A stretch of 64,000 nt of DNA, taken from Cyanophyceae cyanobacterium (GTDB taxonomy: Bacteria; Cyanobacteriota; Cyanobacteriia; Cyanobacteriales; Laspinemataceae). Location of the stretch: contig JBBQFN010000003.1 in assembly GCA_038321985.1 (NCBI GenBank), positions 320,001 to 384,000 of the forward strand. Direction: 5' to 3'. The translations under genes were made by a program, and so were the position numbers. Shown here piece after piece: positions 49,219-59,521 of the stretch; positions within the stretch are counted from its first letter, which is position 1; each line of letters opens with the position of its first letter. The notes below the pieces were generated by a model. The model saw only the letters and a list, made by a program, of their open reading frames with translations. It did no database searches and was not told the origin of the DNA.

Positions 49219-49531
49219 ATGACTTAAGGGACGGTTATCCCTCGCGCTTTTCAACGACTGATCAGCGCCAAGCCTCCGTTATCCCATCCCACCTCTCCTG
49301 TTTTAGAAACGGGCGTACCATCCCCAGGTCAGTGGGTGAAGCGAAAGCGATCGCTCCCAACAGAATCCTTATAGAGCAGGCTGCTGACGTTCTTAAGCGC
49401 ACTGGAGTTCACTTTACCATTTTATGTCTCTCCCTGACAGGGGGTGCGGGGTCCTCTGACCCCCTCGTTAACCACGGCGAATTCTCCCCGCAGTCTGGGA
49501 ATTGTAAGTTAATCATAGTTAATCAATAACC

Positions 49532-49569
49532 GGGAATGTTAGGGGATCAAGAATTCCCCTAACATTCCC
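49532..49569. other. Strong intergenic hairpin
   Basis: GGGAATGTTAGGGGA...TCCCCTAACATTCCC 15-bp perfect stem. Confidence 0.6.
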
Positions 49570-50110
49570 TCTGGTTTTTTAAAGATTTTGTAAACTTTGA
49601 CGCCGAATTAAACCGTAGACTGGTTATAAACTGTCCATAATTAGGACAAGAGTTTGAAGAGTGGGTAAAAATTAATAAATATTTAGGGAAATTAGGGGAA
49701 GATAATGACAGAAAATGAGATAATCAAATTCATTCAATCAGGATGCAAGTTGCCGTTTTACCCTAGAGAATTTACTTAGGTAAATCCTCATATTGAAACA
49801 AGCAGGATGCTCCCTGAGAGAATCTCCAGCCAGGGTGCTACGCTTTGGGAAACTAAGTATTGCTGATTCTAGTCCAGAGAATAGTCGAGGAAAATTCAGC
49901 AGCGATCGCGGTAAAGGGAAGTAAAGACTTTAAAGATTCAATTTACGCCATTAAACCGCACAGCGAAGGGCAATAAATTTTTTCTACAATTTCTCTACTC
50001 AAAGCTAAAGTTAGAACAGCAGCAATTTTCCGGAGCTTTGCGGAATTAGGGTGCAACTGACATCTACAACAGAACCCTTATGCCAATTTCACCCCTTCGG
50101 GAGGTCAATT

Positions 50111-50554
50111 GTGAAACAAATCACCCCAGATTCCTACCCAGAACAAACCGTCGATGATATGGTCCACTCCTACGATCGTATTATTTTGGCTATTGTTGTT
50201 ACCGGGTTATTATATTGGTTTAATATGGGATTGAACGATCCCCACGCAAAGTCTACCGTGGTTGACTCGAATTCCGCAAACGTGGAACTCTTATCGGAGG
50301 TCACCGCCGACCAAGTATTGCAAGCGGTATCCACCGACTCGGGTTTACCGAAATCGGCCCTGCAAATCGTGGAAACCGGACCCCAATTCGAGACCGCCGC
50401 CAGTTGTACTCCCGTCGCCCCAGATTGCCCCGGGGTCCCGCAACCCTCCCTCGAAGTCAAAGTTACCAGCAATGACCAACTTTTGGTCTATCGGCTTAAC
50501 CAGTCCGGACGGGAAGTAAAAGTTGAAAAAATCAGCTCCTCTCGGCTTCAGTGA
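50111..50554 (+). CDS. Hypothetical single-TM protein with a Cys-pair extracellular domain
   Basis: GGAGG RBS before GTG 50111, TM segment IILAIVVTGLLYW, and C-terminal CxxxxxxC...YRLNQSG. Confidence 0.65.
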   Translation: MKQITPDSYPEQTVDDMVHSYDRIILAIVVTGLLYWFNMGLNDPHAKSTVVDSNSANVELLSEVTADQVLQAVSTDSGLPKSALQIVETGPQFETAASCTPVAPDCPGVPQPSLEVKVTSNDQLLVYRLNQSGREVKVEKISSSRLQ

Positions 50555-50680
50555 ACCTCCGGGCAATCGTCCCTCCCGAGTCCCTATTCCTGCTGCATTG
50601 AGGATAGTCAATTTATGAACCTCCAAAGAGGGCAAACTAGATTGAGCCAATTATTTCTCCCCAAGGGTACATCCATCGGT

Positions 50681-50716
50681 AAATAGCTCCTGCGGTTCGA
50701 CTCGTAGGAGCTATTT
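50681..50716 (+). terminator. Hairpin, probable terminator
   Basis: AAATAGCTCCTGCG-GTTCGACT-CGTAGGAGCTATTT. Confidence 0.55.
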
Positions 50717-50849
50717 GATTTAAAGAGTTTATTGAATTGATAGAAACCCCTTCATTTTGAGTTATAAGTAAAGAATCTGTTTCCCCGAGGCGATCGTCTC
50801 GTCCCTGGAAACTTTCAAACCCGCGTTGTTTTTTATAGGTGCGCTGAAT

Positions 50850-50972
50850 ATGATACTCGCTTTAGAACTGCCAATTTCTAACGGACTAATCGCTCAAATT
50901 TCCTTTACTCTAGTTGTAGCTGGAATTTTTCTCTGGCAGGCATTCAAGGCTTACCAAGAAGTCAAAAAGTAA
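50850..50972 (+). CDS. Possible 40-aa single-TM small protein MILALELPISNGLIAQISFTLVVAGIFLWQAFKAYQEVKK
   Basis: ATG to TAA frame, AGGTG upstream, hydrophobic helix with a basic tail. Below the ORF-track cutoff. Confidence 0.45.
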   Translation: MILALELPISNGLIAQISFTLVVAGIFLWQAFKAYQEVKK

Positions 50973-51185
50973 GCAAAACCGATCCGTTTGTTGCGACGAC
51001 TCCAGGTCGTCGTAACTCTCACTCCAAAGCCCTCCTCTCACAACATCGCCTCCCCGCAGCAGATCAACCCCTCCCACCCCAAAACCCCATAAAGTGGAAA
51101 ACTAAAGCAAAAATTTCACAGAAATATCCAAGGAAGGATTATCCTAGTAGAGACAAAATTCCACACTCTCAAAGGATGATTCATC

Positions 51186-52745
51186 ATGGCGCGTCTGGCA
51201 CTGCTGAGCACATCTGACAAAACCGGGTTAATCGACCTCGCCCGCCACTTAGTTGAAGAATTCGGCTTTGACCTCATCAGCAGTGGTGGCACCGCAACAG
51301 CCCTTAAAGAAGCCGGTTTGCCGGTGACCAAAGTCTCGGACTATACCGGGTCCCCAGAAATTTTAGGGGGCCGGGTGAAAACCCTGCATCCCCGAATTCA
51401 TGGCGGCATTTTAGCAAGACGGGACCTGGCGGAGGACCGGACGGATTTAGAAACCCACGATATCCGCCCGATTGATTTAGTGGTGGTCAATCTTTACCCC
51501 TTTGAACAAACGATCGCCAAGGAAGGGGTAACGTTTGCCGATGCGATCGAAAATATCGACATTGGCGGTCCTACCTTAATCCGGGCAGCGGCCAAAAATC
51601 ACGCCCATGTAACGGTATTATCTAACCCGGGGCAATATGACAGTTACTTGAAAGAATTGCGGAGTAACGGGAAAGCATCGACAGAGTTTCGTCTGTCTTG
51701 TGCGAGGACTGCATTTTGGCATACAGCGTCATACGATCGCGCGATCGCTAGTTATCTGGATACGGAAGCGAATGCCGAGGCACAACATCCGACCCTACCG
51801 GATACATTTAGCATGAGCGGGCATCAAATCCAATCCCTGCGCTACGGGGAAAATCCTCATCAAGGGGCAGCTTGGTATCAGGTAGGAACGTCTCCCATGG
51901 GATGGACTGCGGCCAAAAAATTACAAGGGAAAGAGCTCAGTTACAATAACTTAATTGATTTAGAAGCGGCCCGCCAAATTATTGCAGAATTTACCGGCAG
52001 TGGCGAAGATGCAGCGGTGGCAATTCTCAAACATACAAATCCCTGCGGCGTGGCAATGGGAAGTACCTTGGTGGAAGCCTATCAAAAAGCGTTGGCAGCG
52101 GATTCGGTGTCGGCGTTTGGGGGAATTGTTGCTTGCAACCGTTCCCTCGATGCAGCGACGGCAACGGAACTCACCAAAATCTTTTTGGAATGTGTGGTAG
52201 TCCCAGATTGTGAACCGGAAGCGGCAGAAATTTTGGGTAAGAAATCTAAGGTGCGAATTTTAACCTTAGGGGATTTAAACACTGGACCCCAGCGCACAAT
52301 CAAGGCGATCGCAGGGGGATTTTTGGTGCAAGAGTCCGATGATGCGATCGCCGAACCGACGGAGTGGAAAGTGGTCACGGAAAAACAACCGACAGAAGAC
52401 CAACTGGCGGAACTTCTGTTTGCCTGGAAAGTCGTCAAGCACGTTAAATCAAATGCTATTGTTGTGACTCGCGATCGGACCACTTTAGGGGTAGGTGCTG
52501 GTCAAATGAATCGGGTTGGATCTGTTAAAATAGCCCTCGAACAAGCCGGAGAAAAAGCTCAAGGTGCGGTGCTCGCTTCCGATGGATTTTTCCCCTTTGA
52601 TGATTCAGTGAAAACAGCCGCCGCCGCCGGCATTGTGGCTGTGGTGCAGCCGGGAGGAAGTCTGCGGGATAGTGATTCAATTGCTGCCGCCAATGAACTC
52701 GGTCTGGTGATGGTTTGTACCGGCATCCGTCACTTCTATCATTAA
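51186..52745 (+). CDS. purH: Bifunctional AICAR transformylase/IMP cyclohydrolase
   Basis: GRVKTLHP, IDIGGP, LRYGENPHQ, KHTNPCG and SDGFFPF motifs. Confidence 0.98.
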   Translation: MARLALLSTSDKTGLIDLARHLVEEFGFDLISSGGTATALKEAGLPVTKVSDYTGSPEILGGRVKTLHPRIHGGILARRDLAEDRTDLETHDIRPIDLVVVNLYPFEQTIAKEGVTFADAIENIDIGGPTLIRAAAKNHAHVTVLSNPGQYDSYLKELRSNGKASTEFRLSCARTAFWHTASYDRAIASYLDTEANAEAQHPTLPDTFSMSGHQIQSLRYGENPHQGAAWYQVGTSPMGWTAAKKLQGKELSYNNLIDLEAARQIIAEFTGSGEDAAVAILKHTNPCGVAMGSTLVEAYQKALAADSVSAFGGIVACNRSLDAATATELTKIFLECVVVPDCEPEAAEILGKKSKVRILTLGDLNTGPQRTIKAIAGGFLVQESDDAIAEPTEWKVVTEKQPTEDQLAELLFAWKVVKHVKSNAIVVTRDRTTLGVGAGQMNRVGSVKIALEQAGEKAQGAVLASDGFFPFDDSVKTAAAAGIVAVVQPGGSLRDSDSIAAANELGLVMVCTGIRHFYH

Positions 52746-52825
52746 GCGGACTGGGGGAGTTGTATCAGGATGGGTATCATACCAAATCCGGGTATCAAAA
52801 GTCATTTTAATTTCATCTGATGGTT

Positions 52826-52862
52826 CCCTCCCCTTGGCAAGGGGAGGGTTAGGGTGGGGTCC
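52826..52862. repeat. CCCTCCCCTTGGCAAGGGGAGGG dispersed repeat
   Basis: Same element as at 24563. Confidence 0.8.
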
Positions 52863-53050
52863 ACTAAGTTATTCTCCTGTTAACAGACCTATAACTACCG
52901 TATGGAGTATCAATAGCCTCTTTGAAGAGTTCCCTCTAGGCTAAAACCGAGAGTTCTTCACTGTTCTCAACTTAACGTCACCCCATCCCTTGGACAACTG
53001 CCCCATTCTGTCAAATTCTAACCTATCCTACTCTTTACTTAAGCAAAATT

Positions 53051-54124
53051 ATGAAACTCGAATTGTGGCAACCTAGCCTTAGCGCTCCCACGCAATCGGG
53101 GATATCAAATGAGTGGAAAAAATGGATTGCTACTAACAAATTGCGGCAGGTTCCTGATGGTCACCTGGTGGATACTCTGGTGCAAAAGGGTGTCGATATT
53201 CGCATAGCAGTCGCCGAAGTTAAGGCGGTTTCCTCTCACCCTTATTTTGAAGCCGCTAGCACAATGATTGCCGAGCAGAATCAGCAATCTCAAGCTGAGA
53301 ATGCAGTTTCTGCTAACCAGATTGAAAAATTAGAACTTCAGCTAGATATCTACCGAGCCTTAGAGAAATCACGTCCTAGTTACAATCAAATCCAACGGGT
53401 TAATAATCTTTCTTCAGCCGAGTTTCTGGAAAAGTATTATGCCACCAATACTCCGGTAATTATAACCGATGTTATGCAAAATTGGCAGGCATTGTCCCGG
53501 TGGAATCCCCAGTATTTTAAGCAACATTATGGAGAGGTCCCCGTCGAAGTCCAATTTAACCGGGAATCGAACCCCCTATTTGAGCGCGAAAAATATAAAC
53601 ATCCCAAGCAGATGACGATGGGGGAGTATGTGGATTTAGTCGTCAATGGCGGCAAAACCAACGATTACTATATGGTTCCTTATAATGAAAATTTAGAGCG
53701 CTCAGAGTTGCAAGGACTGCTGGAGGAAATCGAGGTTTTCCCAGAGTATCTCGATGGCTCGAAACGGAACCTCTGTATGTTTTTCTGGTTCGGTCCCGAA
53801 GGAACCATTACGCCTCTGCACCACGACCCCTGCAATGTGCTATTGGCGCAAGTGTACGGCAAAAAGCGCATCCGGCTGATTTCTCCGAATCAAAGGCACT
53901 TGCTTTACAATCTATTCAGCGTTTACAGTGATGTGGATTTAAACAATCCCGATTATGAAAAATATCCCCGGTTTAAAGACGTGGAAGTGCTTGAGGTTAT
54001 CTTAGAACCTGGGGAAGTGATACTTCTGCCCGTGGCATGGTGGCATCATGTCGAGTCTTTAGATATTGCCATCTCTATGTCTTTTACAAATTTTAAGTTT
54101 CCCAATTGTTACAACGTTAAGTAA
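53051..54124 (+). CDS. JmjC/Cupin_8 2OG-Fe(II) oxygenase
   Basis: TPLHHD...GKKR...LEPGEVILLPVAWWHHV (HxD...H triad). Confidence 0.9.
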   Translation: MKLELWQPSLSAPTQSGISNEWKKWIATNKLRQVPDGHLVDTLVQKGVDIRIAVAEVKAVSSHPYFEAASTMIAEQNQQSQAENAVSANQIEKLELQLDIYRALEKSRPSYNQIQRVNNLSSAEFLEKYYATNTPVIITDVMQNWQALSRWNPQYFKQHYGEVPVEVQFNRESNPLFEREKYKHPKQMTMGEYVDLVVNGGKTNDYYMVPYNENLERSELQGLLEEIEVFPEYLDGSKRNLCMFFWFGPEGTITPLHHDPCNVLLAQVYGKKRIRLISPNQRHLLYNLFSVYSDVDLNNPDYEKYPRFKDVEVLEVILEPGEVILLPVAWWHHVESLDIAISMSFTNFKFPNCYNVK

Positions 54125-54162
54125 TCAATGAAAAGAGTGAAATCAAGAGATGAGGGAAAAAA

Positions 54163-55284
54163 ATGATAGCCCAAAAAATTACACCAGAATCGGCGATCGC
54201 CACTTCGCCTGACTCGAAACTGCTCCAAGTGATGTTGTTTTTAGAGGGGGGTCATCAGTGTGAAACTGCTTTACTGCCGGATGCACCTCTGTTACGCGAA
54301 CTCTTTCAATCCCTGATCGGGATATCAGAAGCCAGTGAGAATAAACTCTTTCAAATTCCGATTGAAGAGGGAAATTCCTGTGTGTATTTTCCCGGGGAAT
54401 CGTTAGTGGCGATCGCCACTGACCCTCCCGTTTCTATCGACAGCTTAGACTTAGAACGAGAAGCACCACAGCCGGACAATCCAGTTTACCCCCTGCAATG
54501 GCAACTCAACATCTACCGTAAGCTAGACAAACTCTCGCCAAACTATGGTAAAATTGAAAGAATTCCCCACATTTCCGGTCCCGAATTTTTAGCCCATTAC
54601 TACATTAGAAACCAACCTGTTATTTTCACAGACTTAATGGAAAACTGGCAGGCACTCTCCCGGTGGACGCCGGAGTATTTAAAAGAAAAATACGGTCACA
54701 TTACCGTAGGTGCACAATTCAACGGGGAATCTAACCTTGAGTATGAAATGCCACCTAAGAAGCATCAAAAACTGCTACCCTTGGGTGAATTTGTGGATAT
54801 TGTTGTCAAAGGAGGCAACAGCAATGATTACTCTATGGGTTCTTATAATTATAACTTGTGTCGTAAACCCCTGCAAGGACTCTTCAATGATATCCAACTA
54901 TTTCCCGAGTATCTAACCCCAACTTTTGAACCCAGTCGCAGCGTGCTTTGGTTGGAACCTGCCGGCGCGATAAATCCCTTGCATTTTGATGCTGTAAATA
55001 GCTTCTTATGTCAAGTGTATGGACGTAAAAAAGTGCGGCTAATTTCTCCCAATCAAAAATATTTACTCGGGAACTATGGCAAGTATTTTAGCGAAATAGA
55101 TTTAGATAACCTGGATTTTGAGCGCTATCCAAACTTCCAAAAAATCGATATGATTGAGATTGTGCTAGAACCGGGAGAAGTTTTATTTTTGCCCGTGGGG
55201 TGGTGGCATCAGGTGAACTCTCTGGATATTTCCATTTCAATTTCATTGATGAACTTTTTGGTTAACAATGACTTTGAAGAGTAA
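54163..55284 (+). CDS. JmjC/Cupin_8 oxygenase with an additional N-terminal domain
   Basis: NPLHFD...GRKK...PVGWWHQV motifs. N-terminal GGHQ...DAPLL...AIATDPP domain. Confidence 0.88.
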   Translation: MIAQKITPESAIATSPDSKLLQVMLFLEGGHQCETALLPDAPLLRELFQSLIGISEASENKLFQIPIEEGNSCVYFPGESLVAIATDPPVSIDSLDLEREAPQPDNPVYPLQWQLNIYRKLDKLSPNYGKIERIPHISGPEFLAHYYIRNQPVIFTDLMENWQALSRWTPEYLKEKYGHITVGAQFNGESNLEYEMPPKKHQKLLPLGEFVDIVVKGGNSNDYSMGSYNYNLCRKPLQGLFNDIQLFPEYLTPTFEPSRSVLWLEPAGAINPLHFDAVNSFLCQVYGRKKVRLISPNQKYLLGNYGKYFSEIDLDNLDFERYPNFQKIDMIEIVLEPGEVLFLPVGWWHQVNSLDISISISLMNFLVNNDFEE

Positions 55285-55365
55285 GGGTAAGGGGTGACAA
55301 CCGGGGGCGGTTTCAACTTCCGTCCGGTGTTGCCGGTTAAACTAAACTGCAAACTACTGATAAAA

Positions 55366-56247
55366 ATGGAATCTATGGAATTAGAATCGAACCTGGTACA
55401 AGTGATTGTAATGATGACAGGAGGTCATCAGTATGAACTTTCTCTAAGCGCTGATGCACCCCTGCTACAGGAGTTATTTCAAGCCTTAAGCAATCGGGGG
55501 AAAAATGCCGGGAAAGATATGTTTAAAATTCCCAATGAAGAGGATGGTTCCTGTTTGTATATTCCTCGGGATGCGATCGCAGCGATCGCCACAGTTCCTC
55601 CCATCGCCATCCAAACCCTGAACTTAGAACCCCAATCCCCGCAAGTCGAACTCAGTCCCCCTCCCCCAAAACCCCCGGAAATTATCGAATCCAGTTTTGT
55701 GCAACTGGATAATTTTCTGAACTCGCCAGAGTACCAGCAACTCATCGAGACTATCTTTCCCCAAGAATTGGCGATCGCCTCTAGTGGGATTCAGTTGCCA
55801 ACTCCCCAATCTTTTGCACCCCTACGAGAAGTGTTGTTACACCGAGTTCAAAGGATGTTTCCTGATGTCCTAATTCAGCTAGGGATGCAGGGATTTCCCC
55901 TCAGGGAAATGGAAGCGCAGGATATTCCCATTCATGCCATCGAGGGACAGCCAATTTCAACCGATGCAAATAGCTCGGAAACGGCTTTAAGAGTGTTGAG
56001 TTTTATGTATTTTTTCTATCAAGAACCGCGACCTTTTACTGGGGGAGAACTGCGAATTTATGATAGCCAGATACAGAATAAATACCTGAGTGCCGCCCAA
56101 TCCTATAAAACCATAGAACCGCGTAATAATAGCATTGTGTTTTTCTTAGCCAGCAATGCTTATGAAGTGCTGCCGGTACATCCGAACTCTCCAGCATTTC
56201 GCGATCGCTGCTTCCGGGTGCAGGGGTGGATGAGGCGATCGGGTTAA
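55366..56247 (+). CDS. 2OG-Fe(II) oxygenase-like (prolyl-4-hydroxylase type), metal ligands apparently lost
   Basis: FTGGELRIYD and NSIVFF motifs present. STD and YEV stand where the paralog has HND and HEV. Shares the N-terminal domain. Confidence 0.8.
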   Translation: MESMELESNLVQVIVMMTGGHQYELSLSADAPLLQELFQALSNRGKNAGKDMFKIPNEEDGSCLYIPRDAIAAIATVPPIAIQTLNLEPQSPQVELSPPPPKPPEIIESSFVQLDNFLNSPEYQQLIETIFPQELAIASSGIQLPTPQSFAPLREVLLHRVQRMFPDVLIQLGMQGFPLREMEAQDIPIHAIEGQPISTDANSSETALRVLSFMYFFYQEPRPFTGGELRIYDSQIQNKYLSAAQSYKTIEPRNNSIVFFLASNAYEVLPVHPNSPAFRDRCFRVQGWMRRSG

Positions 56248-56340
56248 ACCGGGAATTGCTACCCTGTATAGAAATCTTTGCATCTTACTCACTTGGTTAG
56301 TTACAAATTCATTTTGCCATTTTGCCATAAGGTTAATCGT

Positions 56341-57264
56341 ATGACATCGAATACACAGCTAACAGAAACTCAAACTGTCCATGTAATGCTACTGATTGCT
56401 GGGGGACATCAATGTGAATTGTCCATGGCATCCGATGCACCACTGTTGCGAGACTTGTTGGAAGCGATCACACTCCGTTCTCACCCTGAGAGAGAGCAAC
56501 CGAATAAACTGTTTCAGATTCCCATGGAAGATGGGGGACCGGCTTTATACTTTCCCAGTCGTTCCATCGTGGCGATCGCCACAGATCCGCCGGTTTCCTT
56601 GCCTGACTTTTCCCCAGAACCGGAACCTCCGCAGCGATCGGCAGTAGCCACCGCACCCATTTTAATAGAATCTAGATTCCTCAAAATCCAGAACTTTTTA
56701 AGCGAAGCAGAAAACCAACGGATTCTCAACTATGTAATAGAAAATCAGAGAGAATTTGAGGATAGTAAAGCCGGAACTAGCGGTATCAGCGACCCCAACT
56801 ATCGGAAATCCAAAATATTCTATTACTTCGAGGAATTTGGGGACCTCATTCGAGAACAAATCAAAAAAAATCTTCCCCAAGTTAGAGAACATTTTGGAAT
56901 TCCCCCTTTTGAAATCAGCGAAATTGAATCTCAAATCACCGCCCATAACCACGGACATTATTATAAAGTACATAATGATAATGGGGATGACGTCACCACT
57001 CACCGAGTCCTGAGTTACATTTACTACTTTCACCGAGAACCGAAAGCCTTTAGCGGGGGAGAACTGCGGATGTATGATAGTTTGAAGCTGGGGGAAACTT
57101 CCTATTCCATAGCGGAATCCTATAAGGATATTCCCCCCACTAACAACAGTATTGTATTTTTTGTCAGCAACTGTCTCCATGAAGTTCGGCCTATTATTTG
57201 TCCTTCTAAGGACTTCAAAGATAGCCGATTTACCCTGAATGGATGGATTAGAAAAGTAGGTTAA
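56341..57264 (+). CDS. 2OG-Fe(II) oxygenase (prolyl-4-hydroxylase type)
   Basis: YKVHND...FSGGELR...LHEV...SRFTLNGW motifs. Shares the N-terminal domain. Confidence 0.9.
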   Translation: MTSNTQLTETQTVHVMLLIAGGHQCELSMASDAPLLRDLLEAITLRSHPEREQPNKLFQIPMEDGGPALYFPSRSIVAIATDPPVSLPDFSPEPEPPQRSAVATAPILIESRFLKIQNFLSEAENQRILNYVIENQREFEDSKAGTSGISDPNYRKSKIFYYFEEFGDLIREQIKKNLPQVREHFGIPPFEISEIESQITAHNHGHYYKVHNDNGDDVTTHRVLSYIYYFHREPKAFSGGELRMYDSLKLGETSYSIAESYKDIPPTNNSIVFFVSNCLHEVRPIICPSKDFKDSRFTLNGWIRKVG

Positions 57265-57280
57265 ATTATTAACAGCATCA

Positions 57281-57308
57281 ACCGGCGGAATTTTAAATTG
57301 CCGCCGGT
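57281..57308 (+). terminator. Hairpin after the oxygenase cluster
   Basis: ACCGGCGG-AATTTTAAATTG-CCGCCGGT. Confidence 0.55.
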
Positions 57309-57316
57309 GTAATGCT

Positions 57317-57590
57317 TCAAACCGACATCGCTCTATCCCGCTTCAGCATGAAACTCGCGAAAATAATCCCCATAATTGCCCTCGGATAAAAGGCATAAAT
57401 ATAGCGGTCAAACCAATCGTGAATTTGTCCAGCAATTAGGGTTCCTAACAACGCACCCACCCCGTATGCCGTAAACCCAATCCCGTAATTTTGAGCATAA
57501 TTATCGGGGTTAAATAAGCTCCGGGTTGTCGTAGGTGCGATCGCCATCCATCCGCCTAGAGATGCCCAAAATAGACAGAAGGCAATAATG
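57317..57590 (-). pseudogene. C-terminal fragment of an OFA-family MFS transporter
   Basis: ...FCLFWASLGGWMAIAPT...F...NYAQNYGIGFTAYGVGALLG. Only the last ~3 TM helices are present. Confidence 0.65.
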
Positions 57591-58004
57591 GTATTCCTTA
57601 CTTCTAACTCCTGGTTAGCGATAATACCCGTTGATTGGTATCAGTTTCGGGCTGATTGTTAGGGTTTAGCTTGCTTCTATCGAGCTTCTTTGATTAAGGT
57701 TTAACTCGTTAATTGCCTTACCTTTACTTTACCATAATTTTTTTCATTCCTAGTTTTCATTTATCATCAAAACTTGATTTTTATTAGGGAAAAATCTCAC
57801 CCTGAGCCGTCCGGTTGGGAGGGCGATCGCACGGGACGGGGTGAGGATTTGAGCCTTTTGATAGATGCTACGTTGAAAGGGTTCGAGTACCCTAGGGAAG
57901 ATAGACTTGAAAGTGAGCGGCCTAAATCTTCCCCTGGGGAACCCTTGCGGTCGCTTCCTTCAGGAATGGACGGTTTAAAATAACGGCTTAAATTGATATA
58001 CATC

Positions 58005-58856
58005 ATGGCTCAATCGACTCAATCAGAATGGATCGAGCGCTTTGCTCGATTTGGATATGCTGCAAAAGGTTTTGTTTACGCTTTAGTCGGGGTTCTCGCC
58101 TTGCAAGCTGCATTAACTCGCGGGGGAAAAATTACCGACCCAAAGGGGGTGCTTTATGAGATATTTCAGCAGCCTTTCGGACAAATTTTACTCAGCTTAG
58201 TGACCATTGGACTGCTAGGTTATGCCATGTGGCGTTTTCTACAGGCCTTTAAGGATGTAGACAATAAAGGTTCAAGTGCTAAAGGGCTGCTTGAGCGATT
58301 TAGTTTTGCGATTAGCGGGGTGATTTATTGCGGGTTTGCTTTTACTGCAATTAAGCTGTTGAGTGGTGCCGAACAGGGTGGGGGTAAGCCAAGTGACCAA
58401 AGCACTCAACATTGGACGGCACGGTTTCTCTCACAACCGTTTGGGGAGTGGTTAGTAGGACTCGGAGGGGTGATTTTTGTCGGTTCGGGATTTTATTATT
58501 TTTATAAAGCCTTTACGGGGAAGTTTCGCCAAGAATTAAACATGAGAAATATGAGTCGCCAGGAAGAAAAATGGGTGATGTTAGCAGGGCGACTGGGGTT
58601 ATCTGCAAGGGGTGTGATTTTTGTAATGATTGGGTGGTTTTTAATGAAGGCCGCTTATCAGTCCGATGCTGATGAAGCACACGCAATTCCCGGTACGTTA
58701 GAAGTATTATTAAAACAGCCTTATGGGGTTGTACTTTTGGGGGTAATGGCGGTAGGATTGCTAATTTATGGACTGTATATGGGAGTACAGGCCCGCTATC
58801 GGCGCATTACCCCGCCCAAAAACAGTGCGCAAGAAATTTTTAATATGGGAAAATAG
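58005..58856 (+). CDS. DUF1206 membrane protein
   Basis: ARFGYAAKG motif and three QP(F/Y)G repeats. Confidence 0.88.
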   Translation: MAQSTQSEWIERFARFGYAAKGFVYALVGVLALQAALTRGGKITDPKGVLYEIFQQPFGQILLSLVTIGLLGYAMWRFLQAFKDVDNKGSSAKGLLERFSFAISGVIYCGFAFTAIKLLSGAEQGGGKPSDQSTQHWTARFLSQPFGEWLVGLGGVIFVGSGFYYFYKAFTGKFRQELNMRNMSRQEEKWVMLAGRLGLSARGVIFVMIGWFLMKAAYQSDADEAHAIPGTLEVLLKQPYGVVLLGVMAVGLLIYGLYMGVQARYRRITPPKNSAQEIFNMGK

Positions 58857-58928
58857 GCGATCGCCTCTGGAGAAAATAACTCTCGGGTAGGGCTGCCCGG
58901 GAAGTACAGCCCAGACAGGAACTAAGAT

Positions 58929-59345
58929 TTAATGGGTGGCAAATTTTTTCAACAAGTTGTCAGGGATTGCAACCAAACGATGATTGGAAACGTGAATAAA
59001 ACATCCGGTTTGTTTGGCAGTTACGGCAATTTTATCGTCTACAATTAATTCGGTTTTGACAATCCATTTAACCGAACCCATGTCGCTAAACCACATCCGA
59101 CCTTGAATCAAGTCAAACAATTTGATAGGTTTGTGATATTCTAGTCGGGTCTTGCCAATCAGGGGCGATATTCCTAATTCGAGTTGCTGTTCTAAAGAAA
59201 AATACAGTTGGAATAAATCTAAGCGTAAATCTTCCACCCAGCGCATTAAAATCATTTGGCTAACAAACCCCGTTACATCAATATCGTAGGGTTTTACGGT
59301 AAAGGCTAAAGCGGTCTCTAATAAGCGGTCTTCTTCTAAGGTCAT
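58929..59345 (-). CDS. Acyl-CoA thioesterase (hotdog/4HBT-like)
   Basis: VKPYDIDVTGFVS...RWVEDLR motif. Confidence 0.8.
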   Translation of the reverse strand: MTLEEDRLLETALAFTVKPYDIDVTGFVSQMILMRWVEDLRLDLFQLYFSLEQQLELGISPLIGKTRLEYHKPIKLFDLIQGRMWFSDMGSVKWIVKTELIVDDKIAVTAKQTGCFIHVSNHRLVAIPDNLLKKFATH

Positions 59346-59470
59346 ATTCCCTCAAACTGGTATTTTAAAATAACGATTTTGTGAGTCCTATTTTTTAAAA
59401 GGCGATCGCCTCACTCGATTAACCTGCCCATTGGCTATTTTTCAGAACCCTAACTCATTGTAATCGGTTT

Positions 59471-59508
59471 AAAAAAAAAAGAACGCACCGGGTACTCCTC
59501 CGGTGCGT
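59471..59508 (-). terminator. Intrinsic terminator of uvrA
   Basis: ACGCACCGG/CCGGTGCGT 9-bp stem followed by T10 on the minus strand. Confidence 0.8.
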
Positions 59509-59521
59509 AATTTGTCCTCGA

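Noticed and set aside
50680..50720. tRNA (GGTTCGACTC T-loop-like sequence)
   Set aside because: It is a single hairpin with no cloverleaf.
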